From: Cyanophora paradoxa CCMP329 | Taxonomy: Eukaryota > Plantae > Glaucophyta | Length of the DNA stretch: 64,000 nt | Reading direction: 5' to 3' | NCBI GenBank assembly: GCA_004431415.1 | Contig: QPMI01000210.1 | Span: 62,001-126,000, forward strand | Part shown: one piece after another, positions 1 through 12,643 of the stretch | How the letters are laid out: the number at the start of each line of letters is the position of its first letter | How positions within the stretch are numbered: the first letter of the stretch is position 1 | The notes under the pieces: model-generated | Databases searched by the model: none | What the model saw: the letters and a program-made list of their open reading frames with translations, nothing else | Told to the model about the DNA's origin: nothing | Translations under genes and position numbers: made by a program

Positions 1-1231
1 GGCGCCGGGGGCGGGGCCGAGGGGCGGGCAGAGCGTGGATATCGCGCCGGCGCGGGGCAGCCGCCAGGCCGACGAGGCGTCCAGCCCCTCAAGCATGACC
101 GTCTCCGTCGGCCCACCCGAGCCGCCCCCGCGCTCCCGCGCCGGAGCCGGCCCCGGGCCCCGCGGCCGGCCTCGAGAGTGCCCCGGCCTTGGACCGCGCC
201 GCCCTCGACTGGCTGCTTCGGGCCGGCTCCGAGAGGGCAGCGCTCCGCGCCTGGGCCGCCGAGCCGCCGCCGCCGACCTCGCCGCCGCCGGCGTCAGCCG
301 CCAGCTCGCCATCGGGACGGCGCGGCGGGAGCCCGGCCAAGAGCCACTCGGCCTTCGATCCCGACCGCGAGCTCCAGAGCTACCGCGCCAACGTGCGCGC
401 CGCCCTCGCCGGTGCCGCCCGCCCCTCCCCCGCCCCTCGCCCGCCCCGCACCGGCCGCCGAGCCGGCCCCGGCAGCGCTGCAGCGGGGCCAGGCGGCGGA
501 GACGGACCCCCTGGACGAGGCGGAGGAGGCCGGCGGCGAGGCGGCCGCCGCACTGCGCTGGGCCACGCGGGCGCGCCCGGCCGGCGCCGGCTCGCAGTCC
601 ACCCTCCTTCGCTCCTCGCTCGAGCGCTCCGAGGTGCGCCCCGCCGGCGCCCCGGCCCGCCGGCCGCCGTCCGCCAACCTCAGGCCGGGCGGCAGCGGCC
701 GGCGCGGCCCCCGTCGCCATCAGCGCGGGCGCGGGCGCGGGGCTCTCCGGTCCGAGCCGCCTCTCTCGAGCGGTGCGCGCGCGCCGCTGCCAGCCGCCGG
801 CGGGTGGCCTGAGCGGGTCGCGCAGGCTGGGGGCGGCGGAGTGGCGGCGGGAGGAGACGGGGCGGGGCCTGGCGCTAGAGCGGGGCAGGCCGGGGCGGGG
901 GCGGCGGGGCGGGGGCGGCGGGCACGTGTCGTCGGACCTGGGGGCGGCGGAGACGTGGAACTGCCTGCGGGCGCTTGCCGACGGCCTCGCCCGCCCCTGG
1001 CTGCCCCTCCGCGACCAGGCCCGGGTGCCGTGCCCCGCCCCCTGCTCCCGCTCTCGGCGGCTGAGGGCGGGGGCGGGGCAGGGCTGGGAGGAGCGGGTGG
1101 AGGGGGCGCGGGCCAGCGTGAGCGCGCGCCGGCTCGCCGACATCGAGTCCTACTTCGTCGCCCGCGCCCGCGAGTCCTTCGGGAGCCCCGCCTACCCCCG
1201 CCCCCACGCCTCCCGGCCCCTAGCCCTCTAG
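1..1231 (+). CDS. 3' part of a spliced hypothetical protein gene (5' end outside the window)
   Basis: Protein-like segments (DRAALDWLLRAGSERAALRAW; AETWNCLRALADGLARPWLPLRDQ; ARRLADIESYFVARARESFG) are separated by C-rich/G-rich intron-like stretches. Stop TAG at 1229-1231 is followed by AT-richer sequence. Confidence 0.4.
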   Translation, partial: APGAGPRGGQSVDIAPARGSRQADEASSPSSMTVSVGPPEPPPRSRAGAGPGPRGRPRECPGLGPRRPRLAASGRLREGSAPRLGRRAAAADLAAAGVSRQLAIGTARREPGQEPLGLRSRPRAPELPRQRARRPRRCRPPLPRPSPAPHRPPSRPRQRCSGARRRRRTPWTRRRRPAARRPPHCAGPRGRARPAPARSPPSFAPRSSAPRCAPPAPRPAGRRPPTSGRAAAAGAAPVAISAGAGAGLSGPSRLSRAVRARRCQPPAGGLSGSRRLGAAEWRREETGRGLALERGRPGRGRRGGGGGHVSSDLGAAETWNCLRALADGLARPWLPLRDQARVPCPAPCSRSRRLRAGAGQGWEERVEGARASVSARRLADIESYFVARARESFGSPAYPRPHASRPLAL

Positions 1232-2085
1232 ATCTGCTTCATTTCGCCCCCTTCCTTCATTTAATTTATCCGCGTGGCAAATAGTCATCAGTACTCAGTG
1301 ACTATTACTGGTTCCGCGCGTACTGCAAATTCGAATTCTGGCGAAAGGGCGAGGCTAATCCGATATCGATGATCTTTTTGACGGGGCCGTGCGACCGGCG
1401 CCGGCAGGCTGGCTGCAGATCCGGAGTCCGGAATCGGACCCTGCAGGTCCCTGCTGCGGCGCCGCGCCCCCGCGGGCCGGGGGGCCGCCGGGCCGGGGGC
1501 CGGGCCGGGGCCGGGCCGGGCCGGGCCGGGGCCCGGTCTGCTGGTCGCTTCCGTCTTAATTTCACTTGCTAACATGCATGCATATATATGCAGCTGGCTT
1601 TGCTAGCTTAATAATAATTTGCAAAAATCAAGTATAAAACATCTCTATATTTTCGAATTCTTGATATAATATTGTTCCATGCGCATATGCATATTTCTAA
1701 TTAATTAAGTTTCTTAAAAGATATTCAAGTGATCATGCTGGCGCCCCGTCCGCGCTAGCGCTAGCTAGCTAGCCCGGCGGCCCCGAGCCTCCGGCGATCG
1801 CGAGCCCCGCGCCGGCGCCGGCCGGCCGGCGCGCGGCCGCCGGCCGGGCGCCGGCCGCGGGCCGCGGGCCCCGCGTCGGATCGGACGGTCCGGCAGGCAT
1901 AGGGCCTAGGCCCTGCTGATCATGAGGGAGACATCGAACTTGATCGAAGGCTTTGCAAATTGCAAACCGCAGAAGCAGCCGGCTCAGCTGCAGCTGCGCC
2001 GTCATCTTGGGCCCGGCCGATGCATATGCTGCCCCTGCTCCTGCAGCTGCAGTTGGAGGAGGCGCCAGCTGCAGCGACAGGGACG

Positions 2086-3146
2086 ATGTACGTCCGCGTC
2101 CAGTTCGTGGTGCGCTGCGCCTCTACGGGCTACGGGGACGGCCTTGTCTTGGTCGGGGAGACCGAGGAGCTCGGTCAGTGGCGGCCGGAGCGCGGCCTCC
2201 GCCTCGAACCTGCCCCTTTCCCGACATGGCGCGGCGACTTCGCCATGCCCGTGCCCGCCTCCTGCGACGACTACACCGTCCGTTTCAAAGCGTGCGCGCC
2301 CCCCAATCTCGCAGCGCGCACGGGGCCGGCGCCTGACGTGCACGTGTACGTAGGGTGATTGTGCGGTCGGGGGGGCGGGTCGAGTGGGAGGCCTTCGCCG
2401 GGAACCGCGAGCTGCGCGTCTGCCTGGACCCGGACGCCGCCTGCGCCTGCGAGCCGCCCGCTGCCGCCCGCTTCTCGGTCCCCCTTGTTTTCGGTGCGGC
2501 CGGGGATCTCCACACCCGCCTCGCCCTGCCGGCGCCGCCAGGGCTCTCCCCCGGCGCCTCCTTCGGTTCGAGCTCGAGCGCCTCGTCCGAGGCCGGCGCG
2601 GGGCCCTCCCGCTGGGGCCCCTCGCCCCCCGCCTCCCCCTCCTCCTCGGGCTCCGACTGCGGCTCCCCGTCCCCCTCCGCCTCGCCCCGCCGGATCGACT
2701 GCACCGGCCTCGAGCCCGAGCCCGAGCCCGAGCCGTCGCGCCGGCCCCCGCCGCCCGGGCTCGGCAGTGCGGTCGCCGCCGGCTTTCTGGGCCTCGGCCT
2801 CGCCCCACGGCACGCGGAGGCGTACGCAGGGGCCCCGCTGGCAGCGCCCGCCCCGCGCCCCGCCACCATCCACCTGGGGGCCCTGGGGCGCTGCGGCCTC
2901 GTCGCCCTGCCGCCGGCCGCCGCGCCGAGCCTCGCCCTCGCCGGCTGCCGGGCGGGCCCGGCGCCTCAGGCGTACACGTACCGGCGGCCCATGCCGCGGC
3001 GCTCGCGGAGCATGAACCTGCCGCGCATTGCCGAAGAGGGGCCCCTCGAGGCCGACCGCCTCGCCTCCTCCAAGGCCTTGCGTCCCCTCCTCGCCCCGCC
3101 CCCGCCCCCGCCGCCCCACGACCCCTGCCTCGTTCTCTCCTTCTGA
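2086..3146 (+). CDS. CBM20 (starch-binding domain) protein with a Ser/Pro-rich C-terminal tail
   Basis: MYVRVQFVVRCASTGYGDGLVLVGETEELGQWRPERGLRL..FPTW, then a GT-AG intron (~2293-2353), then VIVRSGGRVEWEAFAGNREL. This matches the CBM20 pattern LG.W...W...K......WE....NR. Confidence 0.75.
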
Positions 3147-3840
3147 TTGCCATCCTCGCCCCGGGCCCGCCCGCATATGCATGCGCTCGTGTAGATTTCT
3201 GCATCATATCGCTTTGTTTCCATTTTCTTTCGGTCGTTCGCATATCGCAGTGTCGTGAATTTGTACAGTTGACGTGCACGCAAGCAGTTTCTTTTTCGCT
3301 TCTAAATGCTTCTTTGAGGATACAGATTTTTTTCAATTGCAAGTGCAAGTTGAGCTGCGAGCTCGAGAAACTTGAAATGTAGGCATACGCTTAAGTGGCC
3401 ATAGCTTCAGTATCATATAGTATTACTAGTTCTACGTATACGAACCGTATCTAGATCTGGACTCCGAGATCATTGGATCTGTATTAGGTTTACGCCAAAA
3501 ATCATGATGCCTTGATCATGATTTTTTTTTCTACTTATAGTGCCATGGCCATGCTGTGTTTTCGTCATCGCCGAATCGCGACTGTACATGTACGTATACG
3601 CGTCGGACGATCTACAGCAGCTCTCAAACAGCTTGCAAATTTGGCCCTCATGATCCGATGATCAGCTGCAGGAACTTCAAGTTCAGCCGCACATTGGTTC
3701 CAAATTCATGCAAGAGTCCACTAGTACTAGGCTATGAGGCGAGATCCCCCATGCATATATATAATACTAAACAATGATCACGCCTTTCGGCGGCGGCGGC
3801 GGGCGGGCGGGCAAGCAGGGCGGGGCAAGGCGGGGCGGGC

Positions 3841-4793
3841 CTAGTCGTCGAAGGAGCGGGAGCGGAGCTGCTTCTTGGCGGCGGTGGCCTTCTTGTCGGC
3901 GATGCGGCGCTCCTTGGCGGCCCGCGGCTCCTTCGTGCTCACCTTGCGCTCCTTGGGCTCCCGCGCCGCCGCCACCACCGCCTCCTCCACCCGCCGGAAG
4001 CACTCCTCCAGGTTCCGCTGCTGCGAGCGGTGCACCTGGCCCGGCAGCGGCCCCCTCGCGTGGGCCGCGGGGCGAGGGGCCGGGGGCGGGGCACCTCGGA
4101 GGCGAAGATGAGCTCGCCGGCCTTGTTGACGCGGGCGGCCTGCTGCACCGCGAGGCGCTGCCGCACCGCCGCCGGCAGCCACGCCGCCGACTCCACGTGG
4201 AAGCGCACCTCCGCCTTCGACTCCACTTTGTTCACGTTCTGGCCCCCGGCCCCCGACGACCGAGCGAACCGCATCTCCAGCAGGTGCCTGCCCCGCCCCG
4301 CCCCCGCCCCATGCGCACCGTGAGCTCTGCGCCCTCGAGCGCGCCGCGGCGCGTATATGCATGGGCCAAGCGCTCACCGCGGCAGCTCAAACGTGTCCGG
4401 GTTGAAGCCCGGCGCCCACTCTCGCTCCGGCCGAGGCTCGCTGCGTGGCGCGCCGTCCTCGTTCCGCCGCGGCCATGACGATGTAAACGTCGCGCGCCGT
4501 TGGGCGCCCGCGGGCGATCCGCTGCCGGCCTGGAAGGCGCCGGTCGGCGTGCGTGTTGGCGGCGCTTGCGGCTGGCCACCGGGAGCTGGCCTCGCACGCG
4601 CGGGTCCTCTGCCGCGCTCCTGCGAGCATGTGATGGCGCCGACGGCCGGCCGGGGCAGCGAAGGCGGCAGGAGCGCCCGCAGTGCGTATGCGCCGCAGCT
4701 TGAAAGTTGGGGGGCAGCGGGGACAGCGGTGAAGGCGGCGGGCCGCTCCCACAGCGACGCGATCCGACCCCGCAAGACGGCGAGGAGGGACAT
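3841..4793 (-). CDS. Organellar peptidyl-tRNA hydrolase / ribosome rescue factor, ICT1 (mL62)/ArfB(YaeJ) family
   Basis: RFARSSGAGGQNVNKVESKAEVRF (GGQ motif), GELIFASE|VHRSQQRNLEEC and a basic C-terminal tail. The N-terminal extension resembles a transit peptide. Confidence 0.9.
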
Positions 4794-4882
4794 CGCCAGC
4801 ACGCCTCGGGGGGGAGGGGAACTGGCCGGGTACTGCGCAAGACGTTGCAAACAAAAACCTCGACCGGACCAGCTGAGCGCGA

Positions 4883-5869
4883 ATGGCCTCGGAAGCGTTG
4901 TATCCTATGCCGGTGCGCGTTTACGAGGATTGGGCGTCGCCGCCTGACCTCCCCGAACAGGGCGGCGAACCAACCTTGCCCGGCGCACAAGCAGCGAAAG
5001 CGGCGCCCGCGCGACTCATCTCTTCCGCTCCATCGGCGTTTGAATCCGCACCTGCGGCGGCTGCGCCGGCTTCTTCCTATGTCTCGCCGCCTGTTTCCTA
5101 CGTCGCGCCACCTCCGCCTCCGCCACAGGCGATGCGCTCTTTCGCTGCGCCTACGGTTGCCGCGCCCGCGTACACCACGCCCATGTACGCCGTGCCGGTC
5201 TCGACTGCCTACGCGATGCCGGCCTCGAACGTCGCGCCGTACTCGGCCGGCGCCCCCCTCGTCGGTACGATGAGTTTCTGCATCGGTATATCTTCTTACA
5301 GACTGACGGGCCGCGCGGCGCCCCGGAAGCGCCCTTCATGCACAAGCGCTACCACATTTCGACGGGTGCGTGCCGCGGCGCGCGCCTGGGGGCCGCGGTG
5401 CCCGACGTGACCTTGTCCCAGCTTATCTCCTCTGGATGGTCAGCTGGTTCGGTGCGAGGCGGCGCCCGCGCTCGTGGCCCGCCGCGCGAGTGACACTTGC
5501 GCCGCAGGCGTTGCCGGCCTCCACAGGCTGTACGTCGGGAAGATCTGCACGGCGCGCCGCCGTCCCAATCCCTCGCGCCCTCCGCGCGCTGACCTTGGCC
5601 CCAACAGGGTCTGCTTTGGCTCTTCACCCTCGGTGCACGGCCGCGCCGCGGCCGCATGTGCGGACCGCCGCGCCGTGAGCGCGCGTGCAGGGCTCTTTAT
5701 GGTCGGAACAATCGTCGATGCGTTCCTGGCACGCAACCTCCCCGCCGCGCCCCACCATCGCGCCGCCGCCGCCGGCCGTGAATCAGCGCCGCAGATCCCA
5801 GGGATGGTTGAACGGGAGAACGCGCGCCACCCGCACGCCCACGGCGCGGGCCACGCCACCCGCACCTAG
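4883..5869 (+). CDS. TM2-domain membrane protein with a Pro/Ala-rich N-terminus (spliced)
   Basis: Exons RDLVPAYLLW / GVAGLHRLYVGKICT / GLLWLFT / LFMVGTIVDAFL match the TM2 consensus AYLLW....G.HRFY.G. Confidence 0.75.
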
Positions 5870-6445
5870 CTATTCATCGAGGTGCACGCCTTTCCAATCG
5901 AAGCTCCAGGCCCGGCTAGCGCTTTTCGCAAGCCGGCGCCTGGAGCTGCCCTGCAGCTGAACTGATGGGGCCACAGACATCTTGTCCGGAGCTGGGAGGC
6001 ATCTCTCTCCGAGCCCGTAGACTCGTCGGAGCTTGCACGACGTCGGCAGGTCTTCGGCCGCGTCGACGTCGGCGCCGCGGCGGTGCACGTGCACCCTCGG
6101 CCTTCGTGAGGCGCGCGCCAGCTGCGCATGCAGGCGCCGCGCCGTCGCAGCTGTACATGTACATGAGGCTTTAGAGCAGCTCTGCCGGACTCTTCATCGG
6201 ATCGCCAATAAACTAGTACGTATACGCGTCTAGCTATAGCGCTAGCTATCGAGGAACCCAAGGGCGAACGGTTCTGAAAGGGTCGCTGGGCTGCAGCTGG
6301 GGACGTTCAGTGGGGAGTGCAGACATAGTATTGAATATATTGTCTGTAGTCTGTACGTGACTCGCCTAGGCCTTGCGCATGCGTGCTGTACCCCGGCAGG
6401 CGCATCGTGAAGTCCGCCGCCGGCGCATCGTGCCTTGTGTTTATA

Positions 6446-8636
6446 ATGTTGCCGGCGAGGCACGTGGTCCGGCTTCTCCCCGGCCGGCTCGCGACGCCAG
6501 CAAACGCCGGACTCGTCATCCAGCGAAGCATCCACTTGTCACGACCGCTTGCTCGCTTCGAGTATGACAACGCGCCGATGCCGCCGTCGCGGCGCCGGGG
6601 TCAGGACGAGCTGCCAATGAACTACGTCCGCCGCCCCATTCCGCCGCTGCACGCCATTCCCTCCATTTGCTGACGCCGGCTTGCGCGCAGGGGATTCGAA
6701 TAGGTACGGCCGACGAGCTGCGCCAGCGAACCGTCGCGCGGCGCCTGCGCCGACGGACGTGCATCGGGCCCTCTGGCTTTGCTCGCGGGGACTGACGCTT
6801 TGCGGCAGTGCCGCAGCAGTCGGCGTACCTCATCGAGCGTTTCGGGCGCTTCCACAGGACCCTCGAGCCAGGTGCCCCTCGCCGCGCGCCCCGCGCTCAC
6901 CGCCCCGCGCTCACCGCCCCGCGCTCACGGCCCCGCGCCAGGCCTCCACTTCCTCATCCCCCTCGTCGACCGCATTGCGTACATCCACAGCCTCGTGCGC
7001 CCGCCGCCCGCGCCCCGCCGCCGCCCCGCCGGAGGCCCGCGCGAGCCCCGCCGCCCCAGAAAGAGGAGGCGGTGCCCGTGCAAAAGCAGGTGCGCCGGCG
7101 AGCGCCGGGACGGGCGCCGGGGCGGCCGGTGCGGCGCGGGTGACCCACTGCGGGGGGCAGACGGCGATCACGCACGACAACGTGACGCTGGAGATCGACG
7201 GCGTCCTCTACTACCGCATTACCGACCCCGTCAAGGGCGAGGCCCCGCCCGCCCCTGGAGCCCTCTCCGCTCGGAGGCCGGCCGCTGAGGGGCGCGCCGC
7301 GCAGCCTCGTACGGGATCGAGGACCCGCTGTACGCCGTGACGCAGCTCGCGCAGACCACCATGCGCTCCGAGCTCGGTGCGCCCCGCCCGCGCCCCGCCC
7401 TCCCTGCGCCTCCCGCCTCGGGCGCTCGAGGAAGAATCGTGCGGGAGCTGAGGGGGAGGTCGGGGCGGCAGGGAAGATCACGCTGGACATGTCGATGCGG
7501 GAGCGCGAGATGCTCAACCAGGCCATCGTCCAGGCCCGCCCGCCCCGCCCCGCCCCGCCCCGCTGGCGCTCTGACAAGACGGGGACGCAGAGCATCAACC
7601 AGGCGGCCGCCGCGTGGGGCATCGAGTGCCTCCGCTACGAGATCAGGTGCCCTCGCGAGGCGCGCTCACGCGGGGCCCCCCGCCCGGGCCGAGGGGGGCG
7701 GGGCGGGGCAGGGACATCACGCCGCCGGCCAAGGTCAAGCAGGCGATGGACCTCCAGGCGCGCCCCGCGCCCCCCCGCCCCTCCCCGCCCCCCGCCCCTC
7801 CCCCTGAGCCCCGGGGGCGCGCGCAGGCCGAGGCCGAGCGGCGCAAGCGCGCCCTCATCCTCGAGTCCGAGGGTGCGCCCCGCCGGCCGCTCTCGCGCCG
7901 CGCGGGGGGTTGACTTCGCGGGTGCAGGGGAGAAGGAGAGCGAGATCAACCGGGCGGAGGGCCTGAAGCAGTCCACCGTCCTCGCCTCCGAGGCCCTCCG
8001 CCAGGAGGCCATCAACCGCGCCCACGGCCCGCCCGCCCCGCCCCGCCCCGCCCCGCCCCGCGCCGAGGCCGGGCCGGGGCGGGGCGGCGCGCAGGAGAGG
8101 CGGAGGCGATCGCGGTGAAGGCGCGGGCGACGGCGGAGGGGATCGCGGTGCTCTCGGAGGCGATCGGGCGGGAGGGGGGCAGGAGGCGGTGGGCCTGCGG
8201 GTCGCCGAGCAGTACGTCGCCGCCTTCCGCGAGATCGCCCAGAAGGGCAACACCGTGCGCTCCGCCCCCGCCCCCGCCCCCGCCCCCCGCCCCCTGACGG
8301 CGGCCTCGCGCCGGCGGGGCGCAGCTGCTGCTGCCGGCGAACGTGCAGTCGCCGGCCGCGATGGTCGCCGAGGCCCTCTCCATCTACTCCGCCGTCGCCG
8401 CCGGCCGGTGCCCCCGGCCCCGCCCCGCCCCGCCCCTCCCCCGCGCCCCTCACCCCCTCCCCGCCCCTCCAGCAGCCCCGCGCCGGCGGGTGCGGCGGGG
8501 GGCGCGGGGGTGGCGCGGGCGGGGCCTCGGCGGGAAGGCGGCGGAGGCGCCGGAGTCGTACGTCGAGGCGTACTCCTCGGGGCCCCAGGGGGCCGAGCGC
8601 GAGGCCAAGGCACCCGCCCGCGCCAAGCGCTCTTGA
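6446..8636 (+). CDS. Stomatin-like protein 2 (SPFH/band 7), mitochondrial; many short introns
   Basis: VPQQSAYLIERFGRFHRTLEPGLHFLIPLVDRIAY; AITHDNVTLEIDGVLYYRI; AVTQLAQTTMRSELG; WGIECLRYEIRDI; QAEAERRKRALILESEG. Confidence 0.93.
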
Positions 8637-8828
8637 CTCTCGAGTGGCCCTTTTTGTGGTTTTCTTCCGTGACCCCCCGCCCCGTCGTCGTGAAACGACC
8701 TCATCTCAAAGTCGTGAGCGGCCCGTTATCGTTGCACTGATCACGAGCTAGGGGACAATTGAAATGCCATGATGGCGACTAATCAGCTCGACAAACCGAT
8801 CGCGAGTGGTGATCGATATCGGTGGGGC

Positions 8829-8830
<2 letters not shown>

Positions 8831-8862
<32 letters not shown>
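8831..8862 (+). repeat. Poly-G tract (~32 nt) in intergenic DNA
   Basis: Uninterrupted G run read directly from the sequence. Confidence 0.85.
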
Positions 8863-8863
<1 letters not shown>

Positions 8864-9569
8864 TCGCTACACTGCGCATGCGGCATGTGCATGTGCAGAC
8901 CCTGAGGTCTAGATCTAGAGCCTGAGAGCGGCCGCGGGGTGCAACGGTCAGGGGGGTGCCACGGTGTTCGGATTCGAATTCGCCCTTAGCCGCCCCGCTT
9001 GCAGCTGGCCGAGGGCAGCTCCGCCTGCCAGGCTGGCCAGGCCTTCGAATTCCGAAGTTCAGACTCTGAGCTCGAGAAGCCTTGCAACTTGGCAAGTTGA
9101 CTTTGTGAGGTTCGTGTTCCGATCATGAGGCCCGGGCCCGGGCTTCGCCGCGCCGAGTCAACGTTACCCCGGGCCCTTCCGATTGCAATTGCAAGATTTC
9201 ACCGTACGCGCGCGTGGCACGGTGCGACGGTCACCGTGGCACACCGGTACCGTGTTTCAGAACCTTTCAAGTTTCAAGTTTAATTTGCAAGTCGAATTCA
9301 TCTTGGCAATGATTCACCGAGTCAAATTAAAGTTCATCGCGTACGGAAGCTTAAGGTTTCGAAAGGTTTCAAGTTTTCCCAATGCTTCGACTTTAACGGG
9401 CAAGCCGTGCCACAGCTCAAGGTAGCCTAGTAGCCTAGTAGAGCTTTAGAGCTTCACTGCTCAAGGCTTTAGACAGCAGGGCCGCCCGGGCTTGAACAAC
9501 CGTGGAACACGGGTTCGAAGCCATTGAAAAACACAGCGTGAGTGATCATCACCGTGACAGCACGAACGT

Positions 9570-12485
9570 TCACATAGCAATGGCTACGGCACAGGGCGGG
9601 GTGTTCGGGCTGGTGGGCAACGCTAGAGCTGCGCTACTGGGGGGAGGGGGCCTCGCGGGGGGAGTCGGGGCCCTCGAGCTCGGCCTCCTCGTCGCCCGGG
9701 GCGAGGGCGAGGCCGCGGAGGCCCTCCCCGAGGGCGGAGGCCCCCGCCCCGGGCGGCTCCACGGCGCTCTGGCGGCCCGCGTAGAGGCGGAGCCAGCCGG
9801 CGGCGCGGGGCGCGGGGCGAAGGCGGCGCCGCCGGCGAGGACGCGGGCGAGGCGGGGGCAGTCGGCGAGCTCGAGGGCGTCCGGGGCGGGGCCGGCGACG
9901 GCGAGGGTCCGCAGGGCGGGGCACTCTGAGAGGGCGAGGCGGCAGAGGCCGCGCGGGTTCGCCGGCTCGAGGCTCGGCTCGCGCAGCTCGGGGCAGCGGG
10001 CGAGCTCGAGGGAGGCGAGGCGGGGGAGGTGGGCGACGAGGGCGGCGAGGGCGGCGTCCGTGAGGCCGAGGGGCTTGTGCAGCACGAGGGCCTCCAGGAG
10101 GGCCCCCGCGGGGGGGCGCCACGGCGGGGCGCGAGGGGCGCGAGCTTGGGGCGCCGCAGGTCGAGGCGGCGCAGGGGCGCCGAGGGGAGCTCGAGGGGCC
10201 CCGCCCCGAGGGGCCGCTCGCAGGCGAGGCTCCCGAGGCGGGGCGCGAGGCGGAGGACGGCGGCGAGCCAGGCCCCCGTGTTGCACTCCGCCGTCGAGTG
10301 CAGCCGCAGCGCCTCCAGCCGCCCGCACGTCGACTCGGAGAGGGCGAGGGCCGGCCGCGGGGCCGCCGCGGGGCCCCGGTACGAGAGGGAGCGCAGCGCG
10401 GGGCAGTGGACGTGGACGACGGGGTACGGGACGGAGCGGGCGATGGGGGCGTCGGCGGGGGTGCAGGGCGTGCCGGGCGAGGCCGGGGCGGGGCCGCGCT
10501 GGCAGGGGGTACAGGGCGACTGCTGGGTCGGGGAGAGGGGCGAGTGGGGGTCCGCGAGCGCCTCCCGCGGCGCCCGCTTCATCGGGGTCGTGAAGGGGGC
10601 GCCCGGCGAGGGGAAGGGCGGGGCGAGGGGCGCCGGGGCGAAGTCCGTCGGCTCGACGGTCCAGGTGGCCGGCACGCGGATCTCGGCGACCGTCACGCGC
10701 AGCTCGCGCAGCGCCGCGTGCGCCACCCGCAGCTGCGCGGGCGCGAGCTTAGCCCGAGCTTGCTCGGCACCTTCCTCGCTCGAGCGAGGCGAGGCGAGGC
10801 GAAGCCACGGGCCGGCAGCTGGGGGCGGGGCGGGGCGGGGCGGGGCGGGGCGGGGGCGCACGTCGGGCTGGGCGGTGGAGGCGTGCTCGAGGGCGAGGAG
10901 GGCGAGGCGGGGCAGGCTGCGAGGACGTGCTGCAGGCCGACGACCTCGACCCCGCGCGTCCCCGCCGCCCGCGCGAACTCCAGCCGCGCCAGCCCCGGGC
11001 AGGCCGCGGCCGGGTCCCCCTCGAGCAGGAGCCCGGCCTCGCGTCCCGCCAGCCGCACCGACTCCAGCCGCGCGCACCCCGAGACCCGCACGAGGGTCCC
11101 AGCCCCGGCCCCCGCCGCCGCGCTCGACACCGAGACCTCCCTGAGCGACCCGCACTGCCGCCGGGCTCAGAGCGCGCGCGAAGCAGAGCGGAGCGGCTGT
11201 CGGGGAAGCGCACGGCGAGGAGGGAGACGTGGAGCGGGGCGGCGGTGCCCTGGGGGTCGGTGGCGGCGACGGAGAGGCGCTCGAGGGCGGGGTGGTGGCG
11301 GCCGGCGAGGACGAGGGGCGCGTGGAGGGCGTGGATGTGGGCGGCGAGGGCGAGGGAGCGCAGGCCGAGGTCGCCGAGGGCGTCCAGCGCGCCCTCGGCG
11401 AGGGCCACGTGCTCGAGGCGCAGATCCGCGAGCTGCCGCAGCGCCGCCAGCCCCGCAAAGGTCCCCGCCGTCACCTCCGCCGGCGCCGCCTGCGCGCCGC
11501 GCCCCGTCGGCGCGAGGCGGGGCGGGCGGGCGGGCGGGTGGGGGGCGCACGCGGGGGCTGAGGGAGGGGAACTCGATCGCGAAAGCGCAGAGCAGCGGGC
11601 AGCGGGCGGCGAGGAGGCCGCAGTCGAGCCCCAGCTCCTCCAGCGCCCGCCCCTCCCCGCCCGCCCCGAGCCGCCCCATGATCGAGACCCTGCCCCGCCC
11701 CCGCTCAGCGCCGCCGAGGAGGGCGCGGGGCGGGCGGGCGGGCGGACGTGGAGAGGTCGTGCTGCTGGGCGGGGGGCACGGCAGACTCGAGGAGGGCCTG
11801 GTGGGCGGCCACCTGCGGGCTCGCCTGCATCCCCGAGGCCGGCGGGAAGCGCGCCACGAGCCGCTCGAGCAGCGGCGTCGCCGCTACCGCCGCGAGCATC
11901 GACGCCGGCGACGAGAAGGCGATCGTCAGCTCGCGCAGGTTGCCCAGCGCCGGAAGCGGCTCCACATCCGCGCGGAGGCAGACGTGCGGCGCCGTCCACT
12001 TCCGCAGCCGCGGCGCGAGCTCCCCGACGGAGATCATCATGCGATCGAAGGCGAACTTGCTCCCGAAGTACCTGCACGGTACCCGATCAGCGCCCATCGC
12101 TGGATCCCGGGCAGGGACGCCGCTGGTGCGCGTTCACTTCGTGCCGGGATGGCGCGCGGACTCACAGGCTATCGGCGCGCGAAAATATCTTGAGAAGGTG
12201 CATATCGCGCTCCACGCCGTCCTTCTGGCTTCCATCCTTGTAGAAAGGGACCGTTGAGAGGAGCGCGCGGTCATCGGCCGTTTCGAGCATCGCCAGGATC
12301 GCCTTGTTCAGCGAGAGGTTCTGAGAAGCCAGCGGCAGGCCGATGATGCTCCAGAGCGCAGCGCTGCGAGCTGCGCGGCGCCAGCGGGAGTTTACGAGGC
12401 TCGCGCTGGAGAGGAGGTCCAGCGGCGGCAGCCGCGCCAGCACGCCGCATAGCACGTCGTCCGGCAACTCCTCGAACGGGTCCAT
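9570..12485 (-). CDS. F-box / leucine-rich-repeat protein (spliced, with apparent frameshifts)
   Basis: N-terminal F-box MDPFEELPDDVLCGVLARLPPLDLLSSASLVNSRWRRAA, followed by LxxLxL repeats (LGNLRELTI, LRQLADLRL, CPALRSLSY, LPRLASLELARCPELREP). The 3' end is approximate. Confidence 0.75.
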
Positions 12486-12643
12486 ATTCCGAAGAGTCGA
12501 TACCCCTGCTGAGCTCGTTCCCTCCACTAAAAACAATACGAATCCGCCAGCCTAGCCAATACGTGCGTACACAGCGTAGCTAAGCTCGTCGACGCTGCCA
12601 TGGACTCGCGCGTGAGGTAGCCGAGCACCTCAAGCCGAGGTCG

